DNA from: an uncultured Armatimonadetes bacterium
GTDB lineage: Bacteria; Armatimonadota; UBA5829; DTJY01
Assembly (NCBI GenBank): GCA_963717145.1
Contig: OY970325.1
Coordinates: 3,872,001 to 3,936,000 of the forward strand
Length of the DNA stretch: 64,000 bases
Reading direction: 5' to 3'
Part shown: piece after piece, positions 8,932 to 18,637 of the stretch
Layout of the letters: every line of letters begins with the position of its first letter
How positions within the stretch are numbered: the stretch's first letter is position 1
Position numbers and translations under genes: made by a program
Notes under the pieces: model-generated
Seen by the model: the letters and a program-made list of their open reading frames with translations, nothing else
Databases searched by the model: none
What the model was told of the DNA's origin: nothing

Positions 8932-10122
8932 ATGAATCGTTCTACCACAATATGGCTCATCACGATGATAGCGATGATGCTGGCCTTCTACTACATCCTG
9001 CCGAGGACGCAGCCCAAGGCCCCTCCGAAGCCGGCCGGCGTCATGCTTCAGCAGGCCGAGAGCCAGGCCGGCAAGGCGGGCACTGACGAAAAGAAGCTCA
9101 AGGCGGCGGTCGGCGCGTATGACAAGGTCATCGGCGCGCACAAGGGAACCGAGCAGGCCGCGGAGGCTAAGCTCCGAACCGCCATCATCTACGAAACGAA
9201 GCTCAACAACCACAACAAAGCCGTCCAGACCTATCAATCGGTGATCAAGGAGTTCAAGAATAAGCATTACGCCGCCGCCACGATCGCCACGACGCGGCTG
9301 GATAAGCTCCGCCTCGCCACGGACATCAAGAATCGCCCGCATCCGCTCTACAGGTTCATGGACTTCTTCGTTGCGCTGACGGGGCGCAATCAGGCATTCA
9401 GCTATTTCTTCGCCCTCGTGCTGGTGACCCTCATCTTCAAGCTCATGGTGACCCCGCTCACCCACGCGCAGTTCAAGAGCATGCGGGAGATGCAGAAGAT
9501 CCAGCCGTTCGTCAAGGAACTCCAGGAGAAGTACAAGGGCGATCAGAAGAAGATCGGCGAGGAGACGATGGCCCTGTACAAGGAGCACGGCGTCAACCCG
9601 TTCAGCAGTTGCCTGCCGTTGCTGGTGCAGATGCCCGTGCTCTACATGCTCTACTGGATGGTCCGGCTCTATGAATACCAGTTCGTGCAGGCGCACTTCC
9701 TCTGGATCGGCAGCGGACTTGCTCACAAGTACCCGGGTATCGTCGGAGGAAATCTCGCCGAGCCCGACATCCCACTGCTGGTGTTATACACGATCAGCAT
9801 GATAGTCTCGCAGCGAATGACCGTAATGGACCCTTCGCAGGCCCAGCAGCAGAAGATGATGGCGTACACGATGCCGGTGCTCTTTGCATTCATCTTCTAT
9901 AGCTTCCCGGCGGCATTCATGCTCTACTGGCTGGTTTTCAACATCATCAGCACTACTCAGCAGTTCCTCATCATGAAGAAGCCGCTCCCGGAGAAGAGTG
10001 CGGTGGCCGTGAAGAACGGCGATGAAGCGACTGAGCAGCCCGTGAAGCTGGTGGAGGAACTGCAGAAGGCGTCCGCAGGTCGGCCGTCGCAGAGCGCCCG
10101 CCGTCGCAGAAAGAAATACTGA
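8932..10122 (+). CDS. yidC: Membrane protein insertase YidC with a helical (TPR-like) extracytoplasmic domain
   Basis: MQKIQP..LQEKYK, MALYKEHGVNPFSSCLPLLVQMP, FLWI, PAAFMLYW. Confidence 0.95.
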   Translation: MNRSTTIWLITMIAMMLAFYYILPRTQPKAPPKPAGVMLQQAESQAGKAGTDEKKLKAAVGAYDKVIGAHKGTEQAAEAKLRTAIIYETKLNNHNKAVQTYQSVIKEFKNKHYAAATIATTRLDKLRLATDIKNRPHPLYRFMDFFVALTGRNQAFSYFFALVLVTLIFKLMVTPLTHAQFKSMREMQKIQPFVKELQEKYKGDQKKIGEETMALYKEHGVNPFSSCLPLLVQMPVLYMLYWMVRLYEYQFVQAHFLWIGSGLAHKYPGIVGGNLAEPDIPLLVLYTISMIVSQRMTVMDPSQAQQQKMMAYTMPVLFAFIFYSFPAAFMLYWLVFNIISTTQQFLIMKKPLPEKSAVAVKNGDEATEQPVKLVEELQKASAGRPSQSARRRRKKY

Positions 10123-10217
10123 GTTGGTTCACGAGGCCGCGCGCGACGGTCTCTGACATAGATCGGTCCCGGCGATCGGGACTCGGTCGGGGTGAATATC
10201 AGGGGGAATGGGGAAAA

Positions 10218-11366
10218 ATGACCAGTATAGAACAGACCGGCAAGACGATCGATGAGGCAACTCAGAAGGCCCTAAAGCAGCTCGGAGTCATCGAAGACGA
10301 CGTGGATGTCGAGATCCTCGAGGAAGGCGCGAGGGGGTTCCTCGGACTCGGACAGTCTCCGGCAAAGGTGAGAGTGTCTTTGAAGCAGAGACCCAGGTTC
10401 GAAGCGGCTCCTGAGCCTCCGCAGCGCGAAAGGCGTCCCAGGCAGAGGCAGGCTCCGAGAGAGGACCGCCCGTCTCGTGAGCAGCAGCCTCCAAGGGAAG
10501 AGCGCCCCGCTCGGGAGCAGGCTCCGAGGCAAGAGCGTCCGCCCAGGCAGCGCCCTCCGCGGGAGGAGCGTCCCGCGCGCGAACCGCAGCCCCCCCGAGA
10601 GCAGCAGGCTCCCAGGGAAGAGCGTCCGCCGAGGCAGCGCCCTCCGCGGCAAGAGAGACCCGCCCGAGAGCCTCAGGCCCCCAGGGAGGAGCAGCCCGTC
10701 CGAGAGCAGCAGGCTCCCAGGGAAGAGCGTCCGCCCAGGCAGCGCCCTCCGAGGCAGAGGCCCGCGCCGAAGGACCGCCCGGAGCCTCAGCCGGCCGCTC
10801 CCGCACCCGAACCGATAAGTGCGGCGCCGGTCGCGCCGGTTGCGGCCGTTCCGACGGCTCTTCCGCCGCCGCCCCTCGCACCGGTTGCAGCGATTCCGAT
10901 GGAAGAGATCTTGAAGCAAGCCGCCGAGATCAGCCGCGAAGCTCTGCAGCACATCGCCGACGGGATCGAAGACGGTGCCAAGGCAAGTGTCAAAAGCATG
11001 GAGGACAACCAGGTCGTGCTCGAGATCCTATCCGGCGAACCGGCGACCATAATCGGCAAGCATGGACAGACGATCGACGCGATCCAGTACCTCGTGGGAG
11101 TCATGACCAACAAGCGGCTTCCGGAGAAGGTCCGGGTGGTAGTCGACGTTGAGGGATATCGCAGTAAGCGCGAGGAGGCCCTGACAAACCAGGCGCACTT
11201 CCTTGCCTCGAAAGTCAAAGAGACCGGGGAAGAGGCGGTGCTCGAACCGCTTCATGCGAACGAGCGCCGGATCATACACAGCGCGCTCGCCGACGATCCC
11301 GATGTCTACACTTACAGCGAAGGTGAAGAGCCCGACCGCCATATAGTCATCTCACCGAAGAAATGA
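10218..11366 (+). CDS. jag: Jag/EloR (KhpB) RNA-binding protein with a long R/E/Q/P repeat linker
   Basis: Jag_N (GKTIDEA..EILEEG..GFLGLG), KH (IIGKHGQTIDAIQYL), R3H (ERRIIH..SEGEEPDRHIVI). Confidence 0.95.
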   Translation: MTSIEQTGKTIDEATQKALKQLGVIEDDVDVEILEEGARGFLGLGQSPAKVRVSLKQRPRFEAAPEPPQRERRPRQRQAPREDRPSREQQPPREERPAREQAPRQERPPRQRPPREERPAREPQPPREQQAPREERPPRQRPPRQERPAREPQAPREEQPVREQQAPREERPPRQRPPRQRPAPKDRPEPQPAAPAPEPISAAPVAPVAAVPTALPPPPLAPVAAIPMEEILKQAAEISREALQHIADGIEDGAKASVKSMEDNQVVLEILSGEPATIIGKHGQTIDAIQYLVGVMTNKRLPEKVRVVVDVEGYRSKREEALTNQAHFLASKVKETGEEAVLEPLHANERRIIHSALADDPDVYTYSEGEEPDRHIVISPKK

Positions 11367-11371
11367 TCGAA

Positions 11372-11449
11372 TGGGAGCATGGGAGTATGGGGGTATGGGA
11401 GAAGTACTCCCACACTCCCATACTCCCACACCCCCATACTCCATTCCCC
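11372..11449. repeat. Inverted octamer tandem array, (TGGGAGTA)n ... (TACTCCCA)n
   Basis: TGGGAGCATGGGAGTATGGGGGTATGGGAG followed by TACTCCCACACTCCCATACTCCCACACCCCCATACTCCA; fills the jag-mnmE spacer. Confidence 0.9.
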
Positions 11450-11450
11450 C

Positions 11451-13079
11451 ATGTTCATCGAGGAGACGATCTCAGCCATAGCCACACCGATCGGTGAGGG
11501 CGGAATCTCTGTCATTCGGATCAGCGGGCCGAATGCGATGCAGGTGGCTGCGCGAGTCTTCCAGACGGCTTCCGGGATGCCGCTCGATGCCTATCCCACC
11601 AATTCGGCTCACTATGGCGCCGTCGTCGGCCCCGAATACCGCGAGCGGATCGACGACGGCATCCTCACCATCTTCCGGGCCCCACACAGCTACACCGGCG
11701 AGGACTCCGTCGAGATAAGTTGTCACGGCGGCATGGTCCCCTCGCGCAACGTCCTCGAGGCGACTCTCCGCGCCGGCGCGCGTCTCGCCGAACCCGGCGA
11801 GTTTACCAAGCGCGCATTCCTCAACGGCCGGCTCGACCTCGTCCAGGCCGAGGCCGTTCTCGACATCATTCGCGCCCGGACCGACGAGTCGCTTCGGGTC
11901 GCCAGGCGTCAGATGGAGGGCGCTCTCTCCGCCCAGATCCGCGCGCTGAGGGAGGAACTGCTCGGCGTGATGGCCGGCATCGAGGCGGCGATCGACTTCC
12001 CGGAAGAGGTGGCCGAGGTGCCCTTCGAGTCGGTCGCCGCATCGCTCCACGACGCGATCAGCCACGTCTCCGGCCTGCTCGACACCGTCTCGTGCGGCAA
12101 GATCTATCGCGAGGGCATCCAGACAGTCATCGCCGGGCGGACGAATGTCGGGAAGTCGAGCCTCCTGAACGCGCTCGTCCGGGAGAGCCGCGCGATCGTG
12201 ACCCCGATCCCCGGCACGACTCGCGACCTGATCGAGGAGACGATCAACATCCGAGGCATTCCCGTGCGGACGATCGATACCGCCGGCATCAGGGCGACCT
12301 CCAGCGTCGTCGAGCAAGCCGGCATCGACCGCACGCGACGCACGATCGAGCAGGCCGACCTGATCCTCGCGATGCTCGACGCCTCGAAAGGGCTCTCCAA
12401 GGCCGAGAAGGACCTCCTTCTGAGCCTGTCACCCGGCTCGCCACCGGAAATGGAATCACACAGGCACAGACAACAAGGAGAAGATCACGGCCAATCCGGC
12501 ATTCCTCCGTGCCCTCCGTGCCTCCGTGGTTCAAACTCCGAGAGTGTCCCTGTTCCCCCCTCTCCCACTCCCGCCCTCCCCCCCTCGCCTTTGCCCCCTC
12601 TCCCCCTCTCCCCATCCTCCGCTCAGTGGCCGCCGCGCATCCGAGGTTCCGCATCCCGGCTGATCGTCGTGGTCAACAAGATCGACCTCCTGCGCCAGGA
12701 CGATGCCGAGGCGCTGCTCGAGAAGATCCGCGGATGGATCGGGAAGAACATCGCCGGCAACCCGCCCGTGATCGGGACCGCCGCGCCGTCGAACGAAGGG
12801 ATCAAGGAGCTTGAGGACCTCATCGTCGAGACTGTCATGTCCGGGGGAGTCGCCTGCGCCGAGGGAGCGGTCGTCTCGAACGTCCGGCACAGCCGCGCGC
12901 TCGAGGAAGCCCGGCTCTCGCTCCAGCACTGCCTCCGAACCGTCGCCTCGAACCTCCCGCTCGACTTCATCAGCATCGACCTCCGTGCCGCCGTCGACAC
13001 CCTCGGCCGCATCACCGGCGAGACCGCCACCGAAGACGTCATCGACCGCATCTTCTCCGACTTCTGCATCGGGAAGTAG
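11451..13079 (+). CDS. mnmE: tRNA modification GTPase MnmE with a ~75-aa insertion in the G domain
   Basis: TISAIATP.GEGGI.VIRISG, GEFTKRAFLNGRLDL, GRTNVGKSSLLN, PGTTRD, DTAG, NKID, FSDFCIGK. Confidence 0.97.
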   Translation: MFIEETISAIATPIGEGGISVIRISGPNAMQVAARVFQTASGMPLDAYPTNSAHYGAVVGPEYRERIDDGILTIFRAPHSYTGEDSVEISCHGGMVPSRNVLEATLRAGARLAEPGEFTKRAFLNGRLDLVQAEAVLDIIRARTDESLRVARRQMEGALSAQIRALREELLGVMAGIEAAIDFPEEVAEVPFESVAASLHDAISHVSGLLDTVSCGKIYREGIQTVIAGRTNVGKSSLLNALVRESRAIVTPIPGTTRDLIEETINIRGIPVRTIDTAGIRATSSVVEQAGIDRTRRTIEQADLILAMLDASKGLSKAEKDLLLSLSPGSPPEMESHRHRQQGEDHGQSGIPPCPPCLRGSNSESVPVPPSPTPALPPSPLPPLPLSPSSAQWPPRIRGSASRLIVVVNKIDLLRQDDAEALLEKIRGWIGKNIAGNPPVIGTAAPSNEGIKELEDLIVETVMSGGVACAEGAVVSNVRHSRALEEARLSLQHCLRTVASNLPLDFISIDLRAAVDTLGRITGETATEDVIDRIFSDFCIGK

Positions 13080-13273
13080 GTGGCCTGTGCGCCCCTGGAG
13101 TTGCACTCCCATTCCGTCCAGCAATGGAAAGTTGGGCAACCCGGGGAGATGAGAGTTGGGCTTAGGCATGGAGCGCATGTATGGGAGGACAATGGTGCTA
13201 GCCTGGTGAATGAACCACTGTCCATACGATCCACAATTGGTTATCAAGGATCATTCGCGTAAGGGGATGATGC

Positions 13274-14445
13274 ATGCGTATCTCCAGGAGAACTAGTGGT
13301 GGTAGGGGTGAGTACGAGATCAGTGGCGAGTTGCCAGGCGGCGAACAGCCCAGGGATTTGCTCGGTCGAATCATCTGTCTCGATCTTGGACTGGGGCAGA
13401 TCATCAACACGGGGGTGACTCTCAAAGAGCAAGGCGGCAAGATGCGCCTGAGAAAAGAGGACGCGCTCATGCAGGTACCCCGACAAGTCGCGGCGGTACT
13501 TCTCTTGCCAGACCCTGTTCGCGCTGACGAAGCGCTGGGAGCCGGTGCGCCGGTCATTCAGCGCAACAGGTATGCCATTGAGCATCTAATGGTGAATCGA
13601 GCCCTGTCCATCCCTCCTAACTTGGCCGTATTGCGCATACCATCTATCACTGTCGTAAACCGCTCTTATCAGGGAGAAGAGGTATCGGTCGTGGAGCGAG
13701 CGGCCCAGTTGCGGAACGTATGGCAGGAGAGTGACAAGTTCCCAGTCGAGATAGCGGATCTGTTGTCTGATCATCACCAACAGGTGGAAAGATCACAGAT
13801 GATCGGGCCTCCCGCTGAGTCGCTGGTCAGCGCCCTCCAGAGAAGTGTCAGCGAACGCAGCTCCGACCTTGGCATACTCTATAGCGAGGCCGGCGATGTG
13901 CTGCCCGCCCTTACCGAAGCACTTCACTTGGAGATCCCCCACCGTTGCTGGGATTCGAGGACATAGATATCGAAGACTTGGCTCTCAGACGCAGGACAGT
14001 GAAAGAGTGGAGAAGATGGGTGAATGCTCGAGGGCCCGCAAGCGCGCGATTTCGGCAGAGAGTGCGAAACGCCTATAGTGCGACGTGTTTGGTGTGCGGC
14101 GAACGCTTCCCGCCGACTCCGGTCAACCCAAGTCCTGGCGTTGACGCAGCTCACATCCTGCCTTGGAGGGAGTATGAACTCGACGATGTATGTAACGGAC
14201 TCTGCCTATGCAAGCTGCATCACTGGGCGTTCGATGAAGGCCTGATTCGTATCGACCATGCGGCTGGGCAGTACGAGACTATTGTGCTAGACGAGACCCG
14301 CGATATCGTGCTTCGCCACGACCCCAGTTTCAGCATGGATGTCTTGATACAGGCAACCGGTCCTATACCGCAGGACAGGTTGCCTGTAGACAGACGGCAG
14401 TGGCCTCGCCCAGACTTCCTTCAGGCCCTTGGGCAGTACCTCTAG
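13274..14445 (+). CDS. Putative HNH restriction endonuclease; one gene split by a one-base deletion in the C-run at ~13936-13940
   Basis: Adding one C joins EIP to PLLGFEDID. C-terminal CLVC..DAAHILPW..NGLCLCKLHHWAFD; convergent with a C5 MTase. Confidence 0.8.
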
Positions 14446-15403
14446 CCTCTGGACCGTGCTGTATCTCGCCATTCATATACTTGGCTATTCGCGATCCGAG
14501 CCACTCCGCTACCGATACTGTCACCGCGTTCCCGATCGCGTGGTAACGGAGAGTGTCGAGTTGTGCGGCGTCCATGATGGGGGCCTCTGGTATGGTCCAG
14601 CCTACGGGAAAGCCCTGTATCCCCTCGCACTCCCTTGGCGTGAGGCGACGTACTCTACCATCGGGATATGTTACATATGTGCGGCTCCAGTCCGTCCCGG
14701 TGTGACGGGCTGAGCATGCATATAGGCAGTAAGCTACCCGTTGAACTATGGGCCCTTTGACAGAATCTCCAAGGCTTTCCTTAAAGGGGGAAACAGAGAT
14801 CTCCCCATCTCGTCCGTTCTTCTCAGCATGCCTCTTGCTGCATTCGGGCTCAAAAAGTATGTCTCCGGGACCTCTCCAGTCTCGATGACATCCAACAATG
14901 TAGACTCTCTTACGTGACTGGGGCACTCCGAAGTCCTTGCTGTTAAGCACACGCCACCCCACGCCATACCCGAGGTTGGCCAGTGTGCGAACGACGACTC
15001 CGAAATCCCGTCCTCCGTGGCTAGAGAGCAGACCTGGAACATTCTCGATGACGAAAACTCTGGGACGGCCCTCTCCAAGAAGTCTAGCAAAGTCATGAAA
15101 GAGTCCAGATCTGGCCCCTCCAAGCCCTGCTCGTGGGCCCATTCGTGCAAGTGAGACGTCTTGGCAGGGGAATCCTCCAACCCACACATCTGAAACAGGG
15201 ATAGCTGCATTGGTGACCTCCTTGATATTGCGCGCGAAAGGCACATCAGGCCAATGACGCCTAAGGACTTGTTGGCAGAAGGTATCGATCTCGCACTGCA
15301 AGCTGACCGTGAAGCCAGCCCTCTCAAACCCCAGGTCCAGTCCCCCTATGCCCGAGAAGAAAGATGCCACCCGCCATCTGTTAGTGGGAGGATTCATACT
15401 CAC
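14363..15403 (-). CDS. DNA (cytosine-5) methyltransferase (alpha frame)
   Basis: FFSGIGG (I), GGFPCQ (IV), ENV (VI), QSRKRVYIVG (VIII), RRLTPRECEGIQGFP, AIGNAV (X). Confidence 0.96.
   Translation of the reverse strand: MSMNPPTNRWRVASFFSGIGGLDLGFERAGFTVSLQCEIDTFCQQVLRRHWPDVPFARNIKEVTNAAIPVSDVWVGGFPCQDVSLARMGPRAGLGGARSGLFHDFARLLGEGRPRVFVIENVPGLLSSHGGRDFGVVVRTLANLGYGVGWRVLNSKDFGVPQSRKRVYIVGCHRDWRGPGDILFEPECSKRHAEKNGRDGEISVSPFKESLGDSVKGPIVQRVAYCLYACSARHTGTDWSRTYVTYPDGRVRRLTPRECEGIQGFPVGWTIPEAPIMDAAQLDTLRYHAIGNAVTVSVAEWLGSRIAKYMNGEIQHGPEARGTAQGPEGSLGEATAVCLQATCPAV
14746..15210 (-). CDS. Nested alternative-frame ORF (154 aa), M.EcoHK31I beta-polypeptide-like
   Basis: AAGGAGGT 5 nt before ATG 15210; lies entirely inside the MTase gene in another frame; ends STLLDVIETGEVPETYFLSPNAARGMLRR..LFPPLRKALE. 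Confidence 0.75.
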   Translation of the reverse strand: MQLSLFQMCGLEDSPAKTSHLHEWAHEQGLEGPDLDSFMTLLDFLERAVPEFSSSRMFQVCSLATEDGISESSFAHWPTSGMAWGGVCLTARTSECPSHVRESTLLDVIETGEVPETYFLSPNAARGMLRRTDEMGRSLFPPLRKALEILSKGP

Positions 15404-15809
15404 CCCTTATTTGAGTCTCCAAGCGGTGCAGCAACGCATTAGCATCAGATATCTCGCACTCCCATACCACAACAGGTTTCCAGTTGATCGCCTGTAAGGC
15501 GGCTAGGTTTGCCACATCCCTTGATCTGACCCTGTCGAGCTTTCGGTTCCAGTAGTCCGTATTGCTCTTGGGACGCCGTCCGTCTCTACACTCATCATGT
15601 CCATGCCAGAAACACCCATGGACAAACACAGCCGCCTTGTAGCGCGGCAACACGATATCGGGTTTGCCCGGTAATGACTTTCCATGCAGACGGAATCTGA
15701 ACCCAGCGTTATGCAGGAGTCTGCGAACGGCCATCTCTGGCTGGGTATTGACCGATCTTATCCTCCCCATTATCCTGCTGCGTTGTTCGGGAGTGAAGGT
15801 ATCTGTCAT
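15381..15809 (-). CDS. vsr: Very short patch repair endonuclease
   Basis: MTDTFTPEQRSRIMGRIRSVNTQPE, LPGKPDIV, FVHGCFWHGH, YWNRKL, VVWEC. Confidence 0.96.
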   Translation of the reverse strand: MTDTFTPEQRSRIMGRIRSVNTQPEMAVRRLLHNAGFRFRLHGKSLPGKPDIVLPRYKAAVFVHGCFWHGHDECRDGRRPKSNTDYWNRKLDRVRSRDVANLAALQAINWKPVVVWECEISDANALLHRLETQIRGEYESSH

Positions 15810-15973
15810 TCTTCTGCTGTTCTTTCTGGTGGCTACCACGGACTGACCGGAGACAAGGTGTACGGGGTCCCGCATTATTGCGACACGATCCGCAGGCGTA
15901 CGCCAGATCCCCGCGGCCACCCACTGGAAGTATAGCTCAGTGTCCGCAGGTTTGCAAGACATCTTCTCCCGGA

Positions 15974-16002
15974 AAAATGGGGACAGGCACAATACTTACA
16001 GT
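15974..16002. repeat. GGGACAGGCAC-type repeat arm
   Basis: GGGACAGGCACAATACTTACAGT; near-identical at ~32685-32707; paired copy at 61925-62009. Confidence 0.75.
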
Positions 16003-16090
16003 ATCGCCAACATTCCGACTCGATATCGTCACGGGTAGCCTCCCTATGGAACTCCGGCAGGAGGCGATTTCTTAGGCGGCTGCAAATGGG

Positions 16091-16137
16091 CAACTTCTGT
16101 GGAGGTGGGTCATCCCGGCCCGCCTCCACAGAAGTTG
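16091..16137. repeat. Hairpin downstream of the UroD-family gene (REP-like, possibly a terminator)
   Basis: CAACTTCTGTGGAGG ... CCTCCACAGAAGTTG; a related half copy CCCGCCTCCCACAGAAGT at ~46811-46828. Confidence 0.7.
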
Positions 16138-16151
16138 TGCAGGGCTGTACC

Positions 16152-17258
16152 CTACCTGTGATCCATCTCACACACCCGGCGGCGGTAGTGGAGGTAGTTC
16201 TCGAAGCTGACCTCGATCGGGACGCCATGATCGCAGGTCGGGTAGTATCCTCCGCGCTCGACCATCGCCGGCATGATGTGCGCCAGCATCGAGTCGATCG
16301 CGTCCTTCCCCGCCGCGAGCACCCGCTTGTCGATCCCGCCGGACATCATCAGGTCCGGGTACTGCCTGCCGATCTCGACCACGTCGCACCCGCTCGCGAC
16401 CTCGAACGGCGACATCCGCGTCATCCCTAGCTCCAGATAGAGCGGGATCGCGGGCCGGCAGTCACCGTCGGTATCGATGTGCAGCCAGATCGAGCGCCCC
16501 TGCCTCGACCGCGCGTTGCCGATTAGCTGCTGGTAGTAAGGCATGAGGAACTCGCGGAACGTGTCTGGCGAGATGAGCAGCCCGTGGTTGTAGCAGATGT
16601 CCTCCGCCATGAAGATCTCATCGATCTCCGCCACCGCCTGAACCCTCGCCAGCCCGGCGTCCATGATGTCGAGCCATCCCTGCATCGCCGCGTGGATGAC
16701 CTCCGGCATGTCATAGAAGGCAAAGAGAAGGTCCTCCGGGCCGATGATCGAGCGCAGATACATGTACCCGCCGATCAGATACTGGCTCATGATGCCGTTC
16801 ACCGAGTCCGTCGTCCGCCGCGCATCCGTGACCCGGTCCGCGAGGCCCTCCCATCGCGACTCGACCGTCGGATCGAGCCTCGGAGCGACGGCCTCCCAGT
16901 CGGCCATGTTGCTGACGGCATGCTTCAGGTAGTCGGGCATGAACCCGTGCCGCCTGCCCTTGAAGACCTTCAGGTGCCGGCCGGCGACGTCCTGGATGAT
17001 CTCGTGGTCGCCGATGACCTCGATCACCTTGGCCTCGAACGGCGGGAGGAACGGCGGCTCGCACCATCCGAGGCCGAGGCCGGAGCCGAAGATCGCCTGG
17101 GGGTCGTACATGAAGAGGTTCGTCTCCTGCCAGTCCTCCGGCAGTCCCTCGCCCTTCCATCGCTCGATCGCTTCCGGCCAGATCGAGAACTCCGCGCGGT
17201 GGAGATGGTCCACCGGCCGGAATTCATACGTCGCCCGCATCCGCTCGCCTGGGGTCAT
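16152..17258 (-). CDS. Uroporphyrinogen decarboxylase / methyltransferase superfamily protein
   Basis: [48 protein letters not shown]. Confidence 0.85.
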   Translation of the reverse strand: MTPGERMRATYEFRPVDHLHRAEFSIWPEAIERWKGEGLPEDWQETNLFMYDPQAIFGSGLGLGWCEPPFLPPFEAKVIEVIGDHEIIQDVAGRHLKVFKGRRHGFMPDYLKHAVSNMADWEAVAPRLDPTVESRWEGLADRVTDARRTTDSVNGIMSQYLIGGYMYLRSIIGPEDLLFAFYDMPEVIHAAMQGWLDIMDAGLARVQAVAEIDEIFMAEDICYNHGLLISPDTFREFLMPYYQQLIGNARSRQGRSIWLHIDTDGDCRPAIPLYLELGMTRMSPFEVASGCDVVEIGRQYPDLMMSGGIDKRVLAAGKDAIDSMLAHIMPAMVERGGYYPTCDHGVPIEVSFENYLHYRRRVCEMDHR

Positions 17259-18538
17259 GGTATCTCTAGTGCCTTTTCCGCCGCTTCGATCGTGCGGTCG
17301 ATGTCATCGTCCGTGTGGGCGTTCGAGACGAACGCCGCCTCGAACTGGCTCGGGGCGAGGTAGATCCCCTGGTCGAGCATCGCTCGGAAGAACGAGGCGT
17401 ACTTCGCCGTGTCGGAGGTCTTGGCCGTCGCGTAGTCCGTGACCGGCTGATCGGTGAAGAACGCGGTCATCATCGAGCCGACCCGGTTGATCCGCATCGG
17501 GACGTTACGGCTCACGGCCGCCTCGAGGAGCGCATCGGCGAGGCGGTAGGTCCTGCGGTCGAGGTCGTCGTAAGGCTTCTTGTCGCGGAGGATTCGGAGC
17601 GTCTCGATCCCCGCCGCGACCGCGACCGGATTCCCCGAGAGCGTCCCCGCCTGGTACACCGGCCCGAGCGGCGCGACCTGCTCCATGATCTCGCGCCGTC
17701 CGCCGTATGCGCCCATCGGCATCCCGCCGCCGATGATCTTCCCCAGAGTCGTCATGTCGGGGGTCACGCCGAACAGCTCCTGCGCGCCTCCATATGCGAG
17801 CCGGAAGCCGCTGATCACCTCGTCGAAGATCAGGAGGACGCCGTGCTTCTGCGTCAGCTCCCGGAGGCCCTCCAGGTAGCCCGGCTTCGGGGGGACGACG
17901 CCCATGTTGCCCGCGACCGGCTCGACTATTAGGCATGCGATCTCCTTGCCGGTCGAGTCGAAGAGCGTCCGGACGGCGTCGATGTCGTTGTACGGGAGCA
18001 CGATCGTGTCGGAGGTCGCCGCTGCGGGCACACCGGCGCTGTCCGGGATGCCGAGGGTCGCCACGCCCGATCCGGCCTTCGCCAGGAGGGAGTCGCCGTG
18101 CCCGTGGTATCCGCCCTCGGCCTTGACGATCTTGTCGCGGCCGGTGAACCCTCGTGCGAGCCGTACCGCGCTCATCACGGCCTCGGTCCCGGAGCTGACG
18201 AGGCGCACCATCTCCACGGAGGGCACCGCCTCGACGATCATCTTCGCCAGCACGACCTCGCCCTCGGTACTCGCGCCGAATGTCGCCCCATGCTCGGCGG
18301 CCTTCGTGACCGCGAAGACGACCTGCGGGTGGGCGTGCCCGAGGATCAGCGGTCCCCACGAGCAGACGTAATCGACATACTCGTTGTCATCCACGTCCCA
18401 GATGTGCGAGCCCTTGCCCCGGTGGATGAAGATCGGGCCGCCGCCGACCGCCTTGAACGCCCGGACCGGGCTGTTTACCCCGCCGGGGATGTACTTCTGT
18501 GCCTCTTCGAAAAGCCGTTCGGATGTCCTTGTGTTCAT
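17255..18538 (-). CDS. hemL: Glutamate-1-semialdehyde 2,1-aminomutase
   Basis: [62 protein letters not shown]. Confidence 0.98.
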   Translation of the reverse strand: MNTRTSERLFEEAQKYIPGGVNSPVRAFKAVGGGPIFIHRGKGSHIWDVDDNEYVDYVCSWGPLILGHAHPQVVFAVTKAAEHGATFGASTEGEVVLAKMIVEAVPSVEMVRLVSSGTEAVMSAVRLARGFTGRDKIVKAEGGYHGHGDSLLAKAGSGVATLGIPDSAGVPAAATSDTIVLPYNDIDAVRTLFDSTGKEIACLIVEPVAGNMGVVPPKPGYLEGLRELTQKHGVLLIFDEVISGFRLAYGGAQELFGVTPDMTTLGKIIGGGMPMGAYGGRREIMEQVAPLGPVYQAGTLSGNPVAVAAGIETLRILRDKKPYDDLDRRTYRLADALLEAAVSRNVPMRINRVGSMMTAFFTDQPVTDYATAKTSDTAKYASFFRAMLDQGIYLAPSQFEAAFVSNAHTDDDIDRTIEAAEKALEIP

Positions 18539-18637
18539 GTCATACCTTCCTTGCTCCGATCTCCAGACGACTCCTGTCGTTGGCGGCCAGCCATCGACGA
18601 CAGGAGTCGTCTGGAGATCGGTCGCGCGTTGTCCGGG

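Noticed and set aside
12433-12655. Intein in MnmE or in the other inserts
   Set aside because: No C/S start with HN-C/S/T end or intein blocks; the inserts are short and repeat-derived.
13060-16140. att direct repeat of the mnmE 3' end bounding the RM island
   Set aside because: The ACTTCTG match at ~16093 belongs to a separate hairpin and is too short.
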